Shown here: piece by piece, positions 62,581 through 64,000 of the stretch
Layout of the letters: every line of letters begins with the position of its first letter
Numbering within the stretch: position 1 is the first letter of the stretch
DNA from: an uncultured virus (IMG/VR IMGVR_UViG_3300036770_008353)
Taxonomy: Duplodnaviria > Heunggongvirae > Uroviricota > Caudoviricetes
IMG/VR virus record: IMGVR_UViG_3300036770_008353
Reading direction: 5' to 3' (one strand)
DNA: 64,000 nucleotides
Translations under genes and position numbers: made by a program
The notes under the pieces: model-generated
The model's database searches: none
What the model was told of the DNA's origin: nothing
Seen by the model: only the letters and a program-made list of their open reading frames with translations

Positions 62581-63999
62581 TTATCTGACCTCCGTGAAGA
62601 CGATGGCGCCGCGGACCGAGGTGGAACCGGCTGCTTCGTTGCGGGCCACAATGGTGAGTGTGTCGACCCCTGTAGCGAATGCGTTCTGTCTGAGCTTCCT
62701 GGCGAGGAGACTGAAGTACTTCTCAAGGTCGGCAGTCTCGGAGTCGTTTGAGTTGGGTAGGAAGCCGTAAAATATCGTCTCGCCACCCGTGAAGGATGTG
62801 GAGGAGACGTCGAACTCGGTCCCTGAAGTGCTCGCCACCGATGTCCATGACGCACCTGTGAGGGTGGCGTTGGATATGATCCTGTAGCTGATCCTAGCTC
62901 CTTCTGTTGAGATGACTGACCGCTTCGGCAGGGTGACGATCCTGTTGGTGATGCCGTTGTAGGTTGACTTCGGCCGGACGCTGATGATGGGTATCTCGGT
63001 GGTGGAGACGCTGATGGCGGTGGAGTTGAAGGCGGCGAAGGAGTACTCCGGTGGAGGTTCACCATTGTCCGAGAGGACAGATGCACAGACGGTCGTCATC
63101 GCGCCTGAGGATGAAGAGAGGTTGTTTTTTACCTCCCAGGACAGGGGAAGCTGACCGGTCTTCATGTAGGGACCGGCGACCTTGTTGGCGTGTGGAATGT
63201 TGTGGACCCGATGACCGTTGATGTAGAAGTCGACGAAACCGACACCAAGCCACTGGAATCGAAGCTCGTAGATCTGGCTCTTCAGGAGGTCCAGCGTCTC
63301 TCCTGATTCTCCTGTGCCGTTGAGGGGGTCGACGTTCCACGATGCCTGTGGATAGGATATCTCGGTGGGTGATCCTGTGGTGGACTTGCGCTCGACGACG
63401 CTGAGGTTGGAGCCAGACAGCTGGAAGAAGAGGCCGTCGGAGTCGTCGAAGTAACCCCAACGCCTGACCTGGTTGGATTGACCGGCATCGTTGTGGTAGA
63501 GGGTCATCTTGATGTTCTGACCCTTGCCGGCCTGGTAGCGATAGAAGGTGTTGGTACGAAGCTTACCGAAGCTGCCGGAGGTGCCATCCACGGCCAGCTT
63601 GATGGCCGATTCGTTGGGCTGGTGTGTGATTGTTGGGGTGCCGACCGAGGAGGTGAGAGTACCGTATTCCGTGGGGGTGATCTCGTACTTGTTGACGAGG
63701 TCCGCCAGGGTGAATGGAAGGGAGACCCTGTCCTCGCCGAAGACCGTCTTGCCGTATGGAGACGGAGATGTTATTATTGGGTTCGCTACCGTGCCGAGTT
63801 CCCTGGAGCCTGATGCATAGCTCGACCTGAGGCTGACCCCGAGGACAAATTCCTCGCCGGCCTGGCTGCCTGAGGTGTTGAGGTCGTAGACGCGGGCAGG
63901 TTGCATCGTGACCCCATCGGAGAATCCTGCTGGCATTCCGGTGGTGGGGAAGGATGAGCTGAAGACGGCAAAAGTGCTGGCTATGCCTAGGGAGCCTGT
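62581..63999 (-). CDS. Putative virion structural protein, 5'-truncated by the window end
   Basis: Frame stays open from 63936 to the window end; YRYQAGKG, WGYFD..DGLFF, QASWNVDPLNGTG, FQWLGVG motifs. Confidence 0.65.
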   Translation of the reverse strand, partial: TGSLGIASTFAVFSSSFPTTGMPAGFSDGVTMQPARVYDLNTSGSQAGEEFVLGVSLRSSYASGSRELGTVANPIITSPSPYGKTVFGEDRVSLPFTLADLVNKYEITPTEYGTLTSSVGTPTITHQPNESAIKLAVDGTSGSFGKLRTNTFYRYQAGKGQNIKMTLYHNDAGQSNQVRRWGYFDDSDGLFFQLSGSNLSVVERKSTTGSPTEISYPQASWNVDPLNGTGESGETLDLLKSQIYELRFQWLGVGFVDFYINGHRVHNIPHANKVAGPYMKTGQLPLSWEVKNNLSSSSGAMTTVCASVLSDNGEPPPEYSFAAFNSTAISVSTTEIPIISVRPKSTYNGITNRIVTLPKRSVISTEGARISYRIISNATLTGASWTSVASTSGTEFDVSSTSFTGGETIFYGFLPNSNDSETADLEKYFSLLARKLRQNAFATGVDTLTIVARNEAAGSTSVRGAIVFTEVR

Positions 64000-64000
64000 G

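Noticed and set aside
1..64000. Many short antisense or overlapping ORFs in the six-frame track (e.g. 245-679, 13051-13521, 57881-58393, 59880-60464)
   Set aside because: They are shadows of well-supported genes on the other strand or frame and show no motifs or start signals

Overview
The whole window looks like part of a large, lytic, contractile-tailed (myovirus-type) bacteriophage genome. Most genes are on the minus strand, and I found no tRNA, rRNA, CRISPR array or integrase. 1-17 kb is an accessory and metabolic region: MazG-like NTP pyrophosphatase, actin-like ATPase, two N6A/N4C methyltransferases, UDP-glucuronate decarboxylase, IMPDH/GMPR, two metallophosphoesterases, a nucleotidyltransferase-like protein, Dps-like ferritin, HNH nuclease, S66 LD-carboxypeptidase, M15 endolysin, Hsp20, Tmk and ThyX. 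17-28.6 kb is a replication module: class II RNR, SF4 helicase, 5'-3' exonuclease, kinase-like protein, dUTPase, RecA, gp32-like SSB, HD hydrolase and a minimal family-A DNA polymerase. 28.6-64 kb is a tail/neck module: baseplate-like proteins, tape measure, chaperones, tube, two tandem sheaths, neck proteins and a GC-richer paralog cluster. The most notable observations are (1) an actin homologue resembling archaeal volactin, with a candidate membrane anchor; (2) a family of scattered proteins sharing an N-terminal 'MKLTxxxLRxxIxEE' peptide resembling a capsid-targeting signal; (3) a probable +1 frameshift in the tail-chaperone pair; (4) two promoter classes, an ATAnTTA motif (in places inside RBS-masking hairpins) and leaderless -10 boxes; and (5) a structured leader upstream of the SSB gene. 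All product calls come from motif recognition by eye; no database searches were run.
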